Assembly (NCBI GenBank): GCA_002418895.1 | Contig: DIFA01000019.1 | Coordinates: 106,662 to 170,661 of the forward strand | Source of the DNA: Dehalococcoidia bacterium UBA5760 | GTDB taxonomy: Bacteria > Chloroflexota > Dehalococcoidia > Dehalococcoidales > UBA5760 | Reading direction: 5' to 3' | Length of the DNA stretch: 64,000 bases | Shown: positions 21,513 to 31,099 of the stretch, piece after piece | Position numbering within the stretch: position 1 is the stretch's first letter | Layout of the letters: each line of letters begins with the position of its first letter | Notes under the pieces: model-generated | The model's database searches: none | Told to the model about the DNA's origin: nothing | Seen by the model: the letters and a program-made list of their open reading frames with translations, nothing else | Made by a program: the position numbers and the translations under genes

Positions 21513-22679
21513 ATGATACCTAAAAACATAGACCAAATTACCGAGGAAGCCCTTCAATTACTTAAGGAAAACGCAGTCTTAGAAGGTAAGACTATTGAGT
21601 ATAAAGAGGAACTACAAATTGATAGCGACTCTGATAAGAAAAAATTTCTTGCTCAAATCTCATCTTTTGCCAATGCTGTTGGGGGTGACTTGGTTATTGG
21701 CATTACGGAAGAGGGAGGAGTTCCCAAATCAATAGACGGATTGGACATTGAAGATATAGACAAGGAGAAGCTGAAGATTGAAAACATCATCCGTGATGGC
21801 ATTCCGCCAAGGATCATAGGAATACAAATACAACCAATATCACTAAGAAACTCAAAAGTCGTCTTGATAATTAGAGTTCCGAATAGTTGGAATAGCCCTC
21901 ATCGAGTAATATATGGTGGCCACGACAAGTTTTATGCCCGTAATTCTAGTGGCAAATACCCAATGGATGTAGCTGAGCTCAGGAATGCGTTTAATCTATC
22001 TGAAACAGTAGCGGAAAGAATTAGAAGATTTAACATTGATAGGGCATCTAAGATAATATCTGGTGAGACTCCTGTACCACTATGTGATTGTGCAAAAATA
22101 GCGCTTCATATTCTCCCGTTAGTTTCTTTTCACCCTGCTCGATTCTATAATTTAACACCGATAGCAACACATCCTAATAAATTTTCTCCCATATATTCTA
22201 GAGGGTGGAATCATCGGTATAACCTCGACGGACTCCTAACATATTCCCCATTAGAAGACGGCAAATGTGACTCTTATGCCCAGTTATTCAGGAGCGGAAT
22301 AATAGAAGCCGTAAATGCAACGTTACTTTGCTCGAGACGGGATAAACGCACCATACCAAGCGGGGTTTATGAAAAAATGTTAATCGAGTCATTCGATAAA
22401 TATATTTCTATACTCAAGGAACTAGTTATTGAACCACCTTTTTATGTTTTTCTTGATATGTTCGGAGTAAGAGATTACTCGATGGCAATACCTGATAGAA
22501 TTACGACTAGGGGATCACAGTCAATTGATAGAGATATGTTACTACTTCCCGAGATTGTTGTTGAAAATTATGATGTGAGCGCAGAGAATGTCTTGAAACC
22601 TGTTTTTGATTCTGTTTGGAACGCTTGTGGCTTTTCAAGGTCATTCAATTATGATGAAGCGGGCAATTGGATTGGCTGA
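21513..22679 (+). CDS. AlbA_2 (Schlafen-like divergent AAA / putative DNA-binding) domain protein with an uncharacterised C-terminal half
   Basis: The N-terminal ~130 aa (EGKTIEYKEEL...KKKFLAQISSFANAVGGDLVIGITEEGG...) match the AlbA_2 pattern. The gene is visibly more AT-rich than its neighbours. ATG 21513 lies 8 nt after GGGAG. Confidence 0.6.
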   Translation: MIPKNIDQITEEALQLLKENAVLEGKTIEYKEELQIDSDSDKKKFLAQISSFANAVGGDLVIGITEEGGVPKSIDGLDIEDIDKEKLKIENIIRDGIPPRIIGIQIQPISLRNSKVVLIIRVPNSWNSPHRVIYGGHDKFYARNSSGKYPMDVAELRNAFNLSETVAERIRRFNIDRASKIISGETPVPLCDCAKIALHILPLVSFHPARFYNLTPIATHPNKFSPIYSRGWNHRYNLDGLLTYSPLEDGKCDSYAQLFRSGIIEAVNATLLCSRRDKRTIPSGVYEKMLIESFDKYISILKELVIEPPFYVFLDMFGVRDYSMAIPDRITTRGSQSIDRDMLLLPEIVVENYDVSAENVLKPVFDSVWNACGFSRSFNYDEAGNWIG

Positions 22680-22708
22680 TAGTTGATTTAATCATAATTC
22701 GTAAACTC

Positions 22709-22784
22709 TGGCGTCCCTGGAGGGATTCGAACCCACGACCCGCTGCTTAGAAGGCAGCCGCTCTATCCACTGAGCTACAGGGAC
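22709..22784 (-). tRNA. tRNA-Arg (anticodon TCT), CCA encoded
   Basis: Cloverleaf by eye: acceptor GTCCCTG/CAGGGAC, anticodon arm GCTGC-CTTCTAA-GCAGC, T-loop GGTTCGAATCC (one U-U mismatch in the T stem). Confidence 0.88.
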
Positions 22785-22840
22785 GACTTTCACTACTAAA
22801 ATGTAGCACGAGCCAGGTGAGAGGTCAAGCTAATCCACCT

Positions 22841-23368
22841 TTACCCCGGATAGCCAATCCCCCCTTGGGTGAGCAGGCAAATAGAGGTAACAATAGCGCC
22901 GGCAATACAAACACCGGCCAGGATAGACAGGAAGGCGGGCTTGAATTTTATCTCGAAAATAGTCGCCGCCAATGAACCGGTCCAGGCGCCGGTTAGCGGC
23001 AGCGGAACGGCAACAAACGCCATCAGCCCGATCCACTTGTACCGCTCCACGATTCCACCCCGCCGCCGGGCACGCTCCTCAAGCCATTGGAACCACCTCC
23101 TGAAGACACCCACCCTGCTCAGTCTCCGGGCAATGGCGTTAAAAAACAGCAGCAGGAAGGGCACCGGAATCAGGTTGCCGGCGATGGCCAGCGGCAGGGC
23201 ATAATACCAGGCGATACTATACGGATAGACGTCAGAAGGTATCAAGCCCAGGGCGAACGGTATCGCTCCCCGCAACTCGACTATCGGCAAAGCAGAAACG
23301 GCAACCACCACGAGTTCCTTGGAGAAACCGAGCCCATGAAGTACATTGAGAATATTATCGAGGAACAC
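22841..23368 (-). CDS. Small membrane protein, putative small multidrug export family (COG2426-like)
   Basis: 175 aa, 4-5 TM segments, N-terminal ...ALPIVELRGAIPFALGL motif typical of that family. GTG start. Confidence 0.55.
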   Translation of the reverse strand: MFLDNILNVLHGLGFSKELVVVAVSALPIVELRGAIPFALGLIPSDVYPYSIAWYYALPLAIAGNLIPVPFLLLFFNAIARRLSRVGVFRRWFQWLEERARRRGGIVERYKWIGLMAFVAVPLPLTGAWTGSLAATIFEIKFKPAFLSILAGVCIAGAIVTSICLLTQGGIGYPG

Positions 23369-23513
23369 GCTAATCCTTAGCCTTTACTTACGCAAAACGG
23401 CAGCCCGGCCGGAAGGCAGCACCTACCGAGTGTAGCAAACAGGTTCATCAGCGTCAAGACAATTTGCGAGAACCACGGTAATATAGTAGACTTTGGGGAG
23501 GCTATAGGAAGCG

Positions 23514-24707
23514 ATGAACAAAGCAACTGTTCGGGACATAGACGTCAACGACAAGAAGGTCCTGGTAAGAGTCGACTTTAACGTCCCCCTGGATGAGGAA
23601 ACCGGGGCTATCACCGATGACAGCCGCATCAGGGCAACGCTGCCCACCATCAGGTACCTTATCGACCGGGGAGCCGGGGTTATCCTCTGCTCGCACCTGG
23701 GCCGCCCGAAGGGTGAGATTGTTGAGAAGCTGCGCCTGACAAACGTTGCCCGGCGCCTAGCAGAGATTCTGGGGAAGCCGGTGAAGTATGCCAGGGACTC
23801 GATCGGCCCCGAGGCGAAGAAGTACGCAGCCGAACTGGGCGGCGGAGAGGTCCTGGTTCTGGAGAACATCCGCTTCCATCCCGAAGAGAAGCAAAACGAC
23901 CCCGTCTTTGCCCAGGCCCTGGCCTCACTGGCCGACTGCTACGTTAACGATGCCTTCGGAACATCACACCGGGCCCATGCCTCCATAGTCGGCGTTACCC
24001 ACTACCTGCCTTCGGCAGCAGGACTGTTGCTGGAGAAGGAAATAGAAAACCTGAGCGGCATTACCGAGAACCCGTCCCACCCCTTTGCCGCTCTTCTCGG
24101 CGGCGCTAAGGTAAGCGACAAGGTCGGTGTGATAGAGAACATCATGAGCAAGGTAGATTACATTCTCATCGGCGGCGGCATGGCAGCCACCTTCCTGAAG
24201 GCAAAGTCCTACCAGGTGGGATTGTCGCTAATCGAGACAGACAAGCTAAGCGTTGCCGCCGACCTGATGGAAAAGGCATCCAAAAACAACGTCTGCCTGC
24301 TGCTGCCGGTCGATGTTGTCGTTACCGATGAAATCAGCCAAAAGGCGGGGGGCAAGGTTGTAGCGATAGAGAACATCACCGGCGACAAAAGGATTGTCGA
24401 TATCGGCCCCCGTACAGCCGGCACCTTCAAGGAAACACTAAAAAAGTGTAAAACAGTTTTCTGGAACGGGCCGATGGGGATATACGAGATACCCCAATTC
24501 GCCGACGGGACGAAGACCATGGCCGATACTCTGGCCGGTCTGAACGCTACCACGGTGATCGGGGGCGGCTCCACTGCCGAGATAGTAACCGAAATGGGAC
24601 TGGCTGGTAAGATGACCTTCGTCTCCACCGGCGGCGGTGCTTCGCTCGAGTTTATCAGCGGTAAGATACTGCCGGGAATAGAGGCTCTGCCGGACAGGGA
24701 ACGATGA
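23514..24707 (+). CDS. pgk: Phosphoglycerate kinase
   Basis: VLVRVDFNVP, a CSHLGRPKG-type loop and a GGGASLEF C-terminus. Confidence 0.93.
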   Translation: MNKATVRDIDVNDKKVLVRVDFNVPLDEETGAITDDSRIRATLPTIRYLIDRGAGVILCSHLGRPKGEIVEKLRLTNVARRLAEILGKPVKYARDSIGPEAKKYAAELGGGEVLVLENIRFHPEEKQNDPVFAQALASLADCYVNDAFGTSHRAHASIVGVTHYLPSAAGLLLEKEIENLSGITENPSHPFAALLGGAKVSDKVGVIENIMSKVDYILIGGGMAATFLKAKSYQVGLSLIETDKLSVAADLMEKASKNNVCLLLPVDVVVTDEISQKAGGKVVAIENITGDKRIVDIGPRTAGTFKETLKKCKTVFWNGPMGIYEIPQFADGTKTMADTLAGLNATTVIGGGSTAEIVTEMGLAGKMTFVSTGGGASLEFISGKILPGIEALPDRER

Positions 24708-25915
24708 CTATGGACAGTCTGGAATTAATGCGGAACCTGGCTCAACCCTCCACCGGTAAGATTATACTATTGATACTTGACGGTTTAGGCGGACTACCCC
24801 ATCCCGACACGGGAAAAACCGAGTTGGAGACAGCGGATACACCCAATCTCAACAGGCTGGCAAAAGAAGGCACGACTGGCCTTATCGATATAGTGAGTCC
24901 GGGCATAACTCCAGGCAGCGCCGCAGGGCACCTGGCCCTGTTCGGTTATGACCCGCTCCGCTTCACTATCGGGCGGGGCGCTCTGGAAGCAGTCGGCATA
25001 GACTTCGACCTCAAGCCGGGAGACGTGGCCGCCCGGGGGAATTTCTGTACCGCCGATAAAAACGGCCTGGTTACCGACCGGCGGGCCGGCCGTATCACCA
25101 ATGAAGAATGCGCTAGGCTCTGCGGACTGCTGGATGGCATGACTATAGAAAACACCAGGCTATTCGTCCGTCCGGTAAGGGAACACCGCTTCATCGTGGT
25201 ATTTCGCGGCGACGGACTCAACCCGGCAGTCAGCGATTCCGACCCGCAGCAACCGGGAGTCCTCCCCAGGGCCGTCAGCGCGCTAAAGCCGGGGGCAGCT
25301 AAAACAGCGAGCATTACCAATAAATTCATCGCTCAGGCAAAGAGGCTACTGGCCGGGCAGCATCCCGCCAATATGCTTCTTCTCCGCGGCTTCTCGGAAA
25401 GACCCTGTTTTCCAGTTATGACCGAGATATATCAATTGAAGCCGGCGGCTATTGCTGTCTATCCCATGTATCGCGGCCTGGCCAGGCTGGTAGGAATGGA
25501 CATCCTGGACCCGGGAACCGGTCTCGAAGATGAACTGAAGACACTGAAAGCAAACTACTCCGCCTATGATTTCTTCTTCTTACACGTGAAAGGGACCGAC
25601 AGCGCCGGTGAAGACGGCGACTTCGAACGTAAGGTCAGTGTTATCGAGGAACTCGATAGGGCATTGCCCGAACTGATAGACACCGGGCCTGATGTTCTGA
25701 TAGTCACCGGAGATCACTCAACACCGGCCGTACTGAAAGGGCATAGCTGGCATCCGGTACCCGTGCTCCTGCACTCCAGGTGGTGCCGCCCCGACCGGAC
25801 AACTGAATTCGGTGAGTCAGCCTGTACTTCCGGAGGACTGGGGCGCTTTTCCGCTACCCAGATTATGCCTCTGGCAATGGCTCATGCTCTCAAACTGACT
25901 AAATTTGGCGCTTAG
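24704..25915 (+). CDS. apgM: 2,3-bisphosphoglycerate-independent phosphoglycerate mutase, archaeal (ApgM) type
   Basis: 403 aa with LLILDGLGG, FFLHVKGTDSAGEDGD and TGDHSTP motifs. ATGA overlap with pgk. Confidence 0.85.
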   Translation: MTMDSLELMRNLAQPSTGKIILLILDGLGGLPHPDTGKTELETADTPNLNRLAKEGTTGLIDIVSPGITPGSAAGHLALFGYDPLRFTIGRGALEAVGIDFDLKPGDVAARGNFCTADKNGLVTDRRAGRITNEECARLCGLLDGMTIENTRLFVRPVREHRFIVVFRGDGLNPAVSDSDPQQPGVLPRAVSALKPGAAKTASITNKFIAQAKRLLAGQHPANMLLLRGFSERPCFPVMTEIYQLKPAAIAVYPMYRGLARLVGMDILDPGTGLEDELKTLKANYSAYDFFFLHVKGTDSAGEDGDFERKVSVIEELDRALPELIDTGPDVLIVTGDHSTPAVLKGHSWHPVPVLLHSRWCRPDRTTEFGESACTSGGLGRFSATQIMPLAMAHALKLTKFGA

Positions 25916-25929
25916 GAGGTAGGACCAGG

Positions 25930-26688
25930 ATGCGCATCCCGATGATAGCCGGTAATTGGAAGATGAATACCACGGTAAGCGAGGCGATAGATCTGGTCAG
26001 CAAAATGCGCACCGGCCTTGATGAAATAGCCGGTGTCGAGAAGGTAATCTGCCCGCCGTTCGTTTCTCTAGCAGCAGTAAAAGAACTGATCAGAGGGAGC
26101 TCGATAAAATTAGGGGCGCAGAACCTGTACTTCGAGGACAAGGGCGCCTATACCGGCGAGACTTCCCCGTTAATGCTGGCCGAACTATGTGATTTTGTTA
26201 TCATCGGCCACTCGGAGCGCAGGCAATACTTTGGCGAGAGTGGAGACGTCGTCAACAGAAAGGTCAAAGCGGCGCTGAAGGCTAACTTGAAGCCCATTCT
26301 TTGTGTCGGTGAGAAACTGGAGGAAAATGAAGCCGGCAGAACCGAGGAGGTGATCGCCGAGCAGCTCAGATCGTCCCTGGCCGGAATTGATCTCCTTGAC
26401 GCGGTGACTGTAGCCTACGAACCAATCTGGGCTATCGGCACAGGCAGGGCAGCCACCGGACGACAGGCAAACGACACCATTGCTTTCATCCGCCTCAGTA
26501 TCGCCGGACTGGGGACGGAAGAAGCCGCCGGGAAAATGCGGATTCTCTACGGAGGCAGCGTCACCGCCGACAACACCGCTGAATTTATCGAGCAACCCGA
26601 GATAGACGGCGCCCTGGTCGGTGGGGCCAGCCTGAAAGCAGACCAATTCTTGAGCATCGTGACCCAGACCAGAGCAAGCAGCAGCTAA
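25930..26688 (+). CDS. tpiA: Triosephosphate isomerase
   Basis: IAGNWKMN, IIGHSERR, AYEPIWAIGTG and YGGSV motifs. Confidence 0.93.
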   Translation: MRIPMIAGNWKMNTTVSEAIDLVSKMRTGLDEIAGVEKVICPPFVSLAAVKELIRGSSIKLGAQNLYFEDKGAYTGETSPLMLAELCDFVIIGHSERRQYFGESGDVVNRKVKAALKANLKPILCVGEKLEENEAGRTEEVIAEQLRSSLAGIDLLDAVTVAYEPIWAIGTGRAATGRQANDTIAFIRLSIAGLGTEEAAGKMRILYGGSVTADNTAEFIEQPEIDGALVGGASLKADQFLSIVTQTRASSS

Positions 26689-26832
26689 GGCCATTTACCG
26701 GGCTGTTCACGGGAAGAGCGCCACGATCGAATAAAGAAGCGCCGCCTTTCCCCACTATTGCCCGCATTTCACAGTACTACTTTATTATCGGCGGGCGCAG
26801 GGCAGCTTGCAAATCATATCGAGGTTTAGAGT

Positions 26833-27813
26833 ATGAGCCATCTGGTAGCTATTGTCGGACCTACTGCCATAGGTAAAAGCAAACTGGCAATAAGACTGGC
26901 CGGGGCATTTAATGGGGAAATAGTGAGCGCCGACAGCCGCCAGATATATCGCTTTATGGATATCGGTACGGCCAAACCCAGCCCTGAGGAACTATCCCTT
27001 ATTCCCCACCATCTGGTCAACATCATAAACCCGGATGAAGACTTCAGTCTGGCACAGTACCAACGGCTGGCCAACCGTGCTATTAACGACATCCAGAAAC
27101 GGGGAAAACTAGCCGTGCTAGTCGGCGGCAGCGGGCAATATGTCTGGTCGATACTGGAGGGCTGGGGAGTACCTGAGGTGCCACCCGACCCGGAGTTCAG
27201 ACAGAGCCTGGCGGAAAGAGCATCACGAGAGGGCGAAGGCAAGCTCTATCAGGAATTGAGGAAGGTTGATCCTGACTCAGCCCGGGATATCAACCCGAAT
27301 AATGTGCGCCGTGTCATCCGGGCACTAGAGGTATATCAGAGCACCAGCATCCCATTTTCCCGGCTCAAGAGTAAGCAAAAACCACCCTTTGAAACGATGA
27401 TAATCGGGCTGACCACGGATAGGGCAGAGCTTTATCGCAGAATCGACTCAAGGGTCGACGGAATGATAGAGCAGGGGTTGGTAGCCGAAGTGGACAGGCT
27501 GCTTAATATGGGCTACGGACTCGAACTACCAGCTATGTCCAGCATCGGCTACAAGCAAATCGGCGCCTTTCTAAACGGCGGGCTGCCTCTACCCGCAGCA
27601 ATACAGCAAATAAAGTTTGAGACCCACCGTTTCGTCAGACACCAATACGCATGGTTTCAACTCAAGGACAGCAGAATCAGATGGGTTGACATCGGCAGTA
27701 ATAATACCGAATCACAAATCACGGAATCATTTACCCGTTTCACGGCAGGTACGGTAGAAACGAAACTCCTGTTAAGCCCACCCACTTCAAGAAAGGGCAC
27801 ACATATTATATAA
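26833..27813 (+). CDS. miaA: tRNA dimethylallyltransferase
   Basis: P-loop GPTAIGKS, SADSRQIYRFMDIGTAKP and HHL motifs. Confidence 0.9.
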   Translation: MSHLVAIVGPTAIGKSKLAIRLAGAFNGEIVSADSRQIYRFMDIGTAKPSPEELSLIPHHLVNIINPDEDFSLAQYQRLANRAINDIQKRGKLAVLVGGSGQYVWSILEGWGVPEVPPDPEFRQSLAERASREGEGKLYQELRKVDPDSARDINPNNVRRVIRALEVYQSTSIPFSRLKSKQKPPFETMIIGLTTDRAELYRRIDSRVDGMIEQGLVAEVDRLLNMGYGLELPAMSSIGYKQIGAFLNGGLPLPAAIQQIKFETHRFVRHQYAWFQLKDSRIRWVDIGSNNTESQITESFTRFTAGTVETKLLLSPPTSRKGTHII

Positions 27814-27850
27814 TGAGTTATCCTCAAAACAGCAGGACTGGTTCAGGAAA

Positions 27851-28723
27851 ATGGATTTCACTAAACTAGAGGGAGCCGGTAACGATTTTGTGCTGGTAGA
27901 GGCCGGCGATACCAACCGTGATTGGTCGCGGCTGGCCATTGCTGTCTGCAACCGCCACTTCGGTATCGGCGCCGACGGTCTGCTGCTCCTGCTGCCGTCA
28001 GAAGCGGCTGACTTCCGGATGTGCATGTTTAATCCCGATGGCTCCGAGGCGGAAGCCTGCGGCAATGGTCTGAGGTGCCTGGTAAAATACATTATAACGA
28101 GGAAACTGTTAGCCGGAGATAAGGCGCAACAATTCTGCTATATCGAAACAAAAGACGGCATCAGGAAGGCGATAGTAAACCGTTCAGAAGGGAAACCGCT
28201 CAACATCCAGATTAATATGGGTCAGCCTAAATTCAAGGCCGGGGAAATACCGGTCGAAATAGGGGAGCGTGATCGGGGATTAGTTGACATAAAGTCTATG
28301 CTGAACTATACTATTAACCTGGATGACCGGAAACTACCCCTGAACCTCGTCTCGATGGGGAATCCACATGCTGTCTATTTCACCGGGCAACCGGCGGCGG
28401 ATTTTCCCTTAACCCGGATAGGGCCGGAGGTAGAGCATCACAGAATATTTCCAAAGCGAGTAAACTTTGAGGTCGCCTGGCCGATCGACCGGCAACAGAT
28501 AGAAGCCAGGGTATGGGAGAGGGGAGCCGGTGAGACCCTGGCCTGCGGCACAGGCGCCTGTGCGATAGCAGTGGCCGCCCGGTTAAACGGCCTCACCGAT
28601 GACAGTGTGGCGATAAAACTACCCGGGGGCATATTGAATGTAGAATGGGGCGGCAAGGGTGAAGTATTACTCAGCGGTCCTGCCGAAATAGTGTTTACCG
28701 GCCAGTGGCCGGGTGGGGCATAG
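27851..28723 (+). CDS. dapF: Diaminopimelate epimerase
   Basis: FTKLEGAGNDFVLV plus the catalytic Cys motifs NPDGSEAEACGNG and GETLACGTGA. Confidence 0.92.
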   Translation: MDFTKLEGAGNDFVLVEAGDTNRDWSRLAIAVCNRHFGIGADGLLLLLPSEAADFRMCMFNPDGSEAEACGNGLRCLVKYIITRKLLAGDKAQQFCYIETKDGIRKAIVNRSEGKPLNIQINMGQPKFKAGEIPVEIGERDRGLVDIKSMLNYTINLDDRKLPLNLVSMGNPHAVYFTGQPAADFPLTRIGPEVEHHRIFPKRVNFEVAWPIDRQQIEARVWERGAGETLACGTGACAIAVAARLNGLTDDSVAIKLPGGILNVEWGGKGEVLLSGPAEIVFTGQWPGGA

Positions 28724-28727
28724 TTAA

Positions 28728-29891
28728 ATGAGACTATCAAAACGAATAGAGAATCTGCCGCCTTATTTATTTCGCGAGATTACGCGCAAGATTGCCGAGA
28801 AAAGGGCCAAGGGGGAAGAGGTAATCAGTTTCGCTATCGGCGACCCGGATTTCCCCACACCAAACAACATAATCAACAGACTCTGCCAGGCAGCGCAGGA
28901 CCCGGCCAACCACCAATACCCCGAGAGTGATGGGCTTCCTGAACTACGCCGGGCAATAGCGGGATGGTACGAAAAACGCTTTGGCGTTTCTCTTAATCCG
29001 GACAAAGAGGTGCTGCCTCTTCTCGGTGCCAAAGAGGGCATTGTCCATGCCGCCCTGTGCTTTATCGATCCCGGCGATATTGCCCTGGTACCCGACCCCG
29101 GCTACCCCCCCTACGCGATGGGTACTATAATGGCCAACGGGAAGCCATACTACATGCCTCTTACAGAAGAGAATGACTTTCTTCCCAACCTGGAAATAAT
29201 ACCTTCTGATGTAATCAAGAAGGCTAAACTGCTCTGGATAAACTACCCCAATAATCCCACCGGTGCCGTAGCGGAGCTCGATTTCTTCAACCGTGTCGCT
29301 AAGTTTGCCAGTAGTTATGATCTGGCCGTCTGTCACGACGCTCCATACAGCGAGGTCTCCTTCGACAACTATCAACCAGCGAGCTTCATGCAGGCAGAAG
29401 GCGGTAGGGAAACCGGAATCGAGTTTCATTCCCTGTCCAAAAGCTATAACATGACCGGGTGGCGGATAGGAATGGCAGTCGGTAACGCGGAGATGATAGA
29501 CGCCCTGAAGAGGGTTAAATCGAACATAGACTCAGGTATTCCCCAGGCCATTCAGTACGCTGCTATTGAAGCTCTCAACGGTCCTCAGGACCTGATTAGA
29601 GAGCAGAGCTTAAAATACCAGAGACGGCGTGATCTGGTCGTGGATATGCTTAGCGACATCGGGCTTGAAGCCAAGCGGCCCAGAGCAGGTCTCTATATCT
29701 GGACCAAGGTTCCCGGCGGATATACCTCTCTCGAGTTTGCCAACGACCTGCTGGAAAAGGTGGGGGTGGTGGTCACTCCGGGCATAGGTTACGGGCAGAA
29801 TGGTGAGGGCTACGTCCGTCTGTCTCTGACCATTTCCGACGCCAACCTGGTCAAAGGGTTATCGCGGTTAACCGAATGGCATATCCACTAA
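28728..29891 (+). CDS. dapL: Class I PLP aminotransferase, probably LL-diaminopimelate aminotransferase
   Basis: PLP-lysine motif SLSKSYNMTGWRIG and NYPNNPTG. The DapL assignment rests on its position right after dapF, which is inference. Confidence 0.55.
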   Translation: MRLSKRIENLPPYLFREITRKIAEKRAKGEEVISFAIGDPDFPTPNNIINRLCQAAQDPANHQYPESDGLPELRRAIAGWYEKRFGVSLNPDKEVLPLLGAKEGIVHAALCFIDPGDIALVPDPGYPPYAMGTIMANGKPYYMPLTEENDFLPNLEIIPSDVIKKAKLLWINYPNNPTGAVAELDFFNRVAKFASSYDLAVCHDAPYSEVSFDNYQPASFMQAEGGRETGIEFHSLSKSYNMTGWRIGMAVGNAEMIDALKRVKSNIDSGIPQAIQYAAIEALNGPQDLIREQSLKYQRRRDLVVDMLSDIGLEAKRPRAGLYIWTKVPGGYTSLEFANDLLEKVGVVVTPGIGYGQNGEGYVRLSLTISDANLVKGLSRLTEWHIH

Positions 29892-29938
29892 AGCAGTCTT
29901 GAGCTAGAAAAATTAAGTTGACATAATAATCGGGGGCC

Positions 29939-31099
29939 ATTATCACCAAGAAACCGGTTGCGACCCACGCGTCTCGAGAACGGGCATGCCTGGTAGCGGT
30001 AGCAATCAAAGAGACCGTTAACAAACAATGGCCGATAGAAGACTCGGTAGAAGAACTGGCACAGTTAGCCAGCGCAGCCGGCGCTGACATAGTAGGCAAG
30101 CTCACCCAGCAGCTAAACGTACCGTCGAAGACATACTACCTCGGCAAAGGCAAGCTTAATGAGTTGATCGCTCTGAAGGAAAGCCTCAACTATAGCGTGG
30201 TGGTCTTTGATGACGAACTGTCGCCGCTGCAGCAGCGGAACCTGGAGCAAATCCTCAAGGTAAAGGTGATTGACCGCTCCGCCTTGATCCTGGACATTTT
30301 CGCCCGGCGTGCGCAAACCAGAGAAGGCCAGTTACAGGTAGAACTGGCCCAGCACCAGTATCTACTGCCTCGCCTCGCCGGACAGTGGAGCCACCTGGAA
30401 AGGCTTGGCGGCGGTATCGGCACCAGGGGCCCGGGTGAATCACAGCTTGAGACAGACCGGAGACTGGTTAACCGTAAGGTCAATCACCTGAAAAAACAGA
30501 TTGAATCGGTAAAGAAACACCGTAATCTGTACCGGCAGCAACGCAGACGGCAGGGTATCCCCATTGTAGCACTGGTGGGCTATACCAACGCCGGTAAAAG
30601 TACTCTGCTCAATACCTTAACCCATTCCGATGTACTGGTCGAGGATAAGCTCTTTGCCACCCTGGACCCGACCACCCGCAGCCTTACTCTACCCGGTAAG
30701 AACAAGGTACTATTTACCGACACCGTCGGCTTCATACAAAAGCTGCCGCCCAGCATTATCACTGCATTCCGGGCAACGCTGGAAGAACTCAGCGAAGCCA
30801 GTATCCTTTTGCACGTCGTCGATTTGACCTCACCCAATGCCGCCGAGCAATGTCAGGCCGTCGAGCATATTCTAGAAGACCTCGGCCTTGCCGACAGTCC
30901 CATAATCACGGCACTGAACAAAATCGATTTACTGCTTAGCAGGGAGAGGAAATGGGACGAGCAGTCCGCCATAGACCACCTTTCCGGACAGGACCTAATA
31001 GCCAGCAAAAATACGGCACTTGTCTCAGCAGTAAAGAAATGGGGCCTTACCCGGCTCCTTGAACTGGTTCAGGATATTTTAGGCCGGATACGAGCTTAG
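29939..31099 (+). CDS. hflX: GTPase HflX; the start codon is unresolved (no ATG/GTG/TTG before the conserved N-terminal domain)
   Basis: The frame is open from the TAA at 29927-29929. The HflX N-domain (ERACLVAV...YYLGKGKLNELIAL...LILDIFARRAQTREGQLQVELAQ) starts about 29975. G-domain motifs are GYTNAGKSTLLN and DTVGF. The first canonical start is TTG 30164. ATT 29939 and ATC 29942 follow GGGGG. Confidence 0.85.
   Translation: MITKKPVATHASRERACLVAVAIKETVNKQWPIEDSVEELAQLASAAGADIVGKLTQQLNVPSKTYYLGKGKLNELIALKESLNYSVVVFDDELSPLQQRNLEQILKVKVIDRSALILDIFARRAQTREGQLQVELAQHQYLLPRLAGQWSHLERLGGGIGTRGPGESQLETDRRLVNRKVNHLKKQIESVKKHRNLYRQQRRRQGIPIVALVGYTNAGKSTLLNTLTHSDVLVEDKLFATLDPTTRSLTLPGKNKVLFTDTVGFIQKLPPSIITAFRATLEELSEASILLHVVDLTSPNAAEQCQAVEHILEDLGLADSPIITALNKIDLLLSRERKWDEQSAIDHLSGQDLIASKNTALVSAVKKWGLTRLLELVQDILGRIRA

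Noticed and set aside
23423-23869. 148-aa ORF antisense to the 5' part of pgk.
   Set aside because: It overlaps the clear pgk coding sequence. The translation is Ser/Arg/Pro-rich and has no family resemblance.
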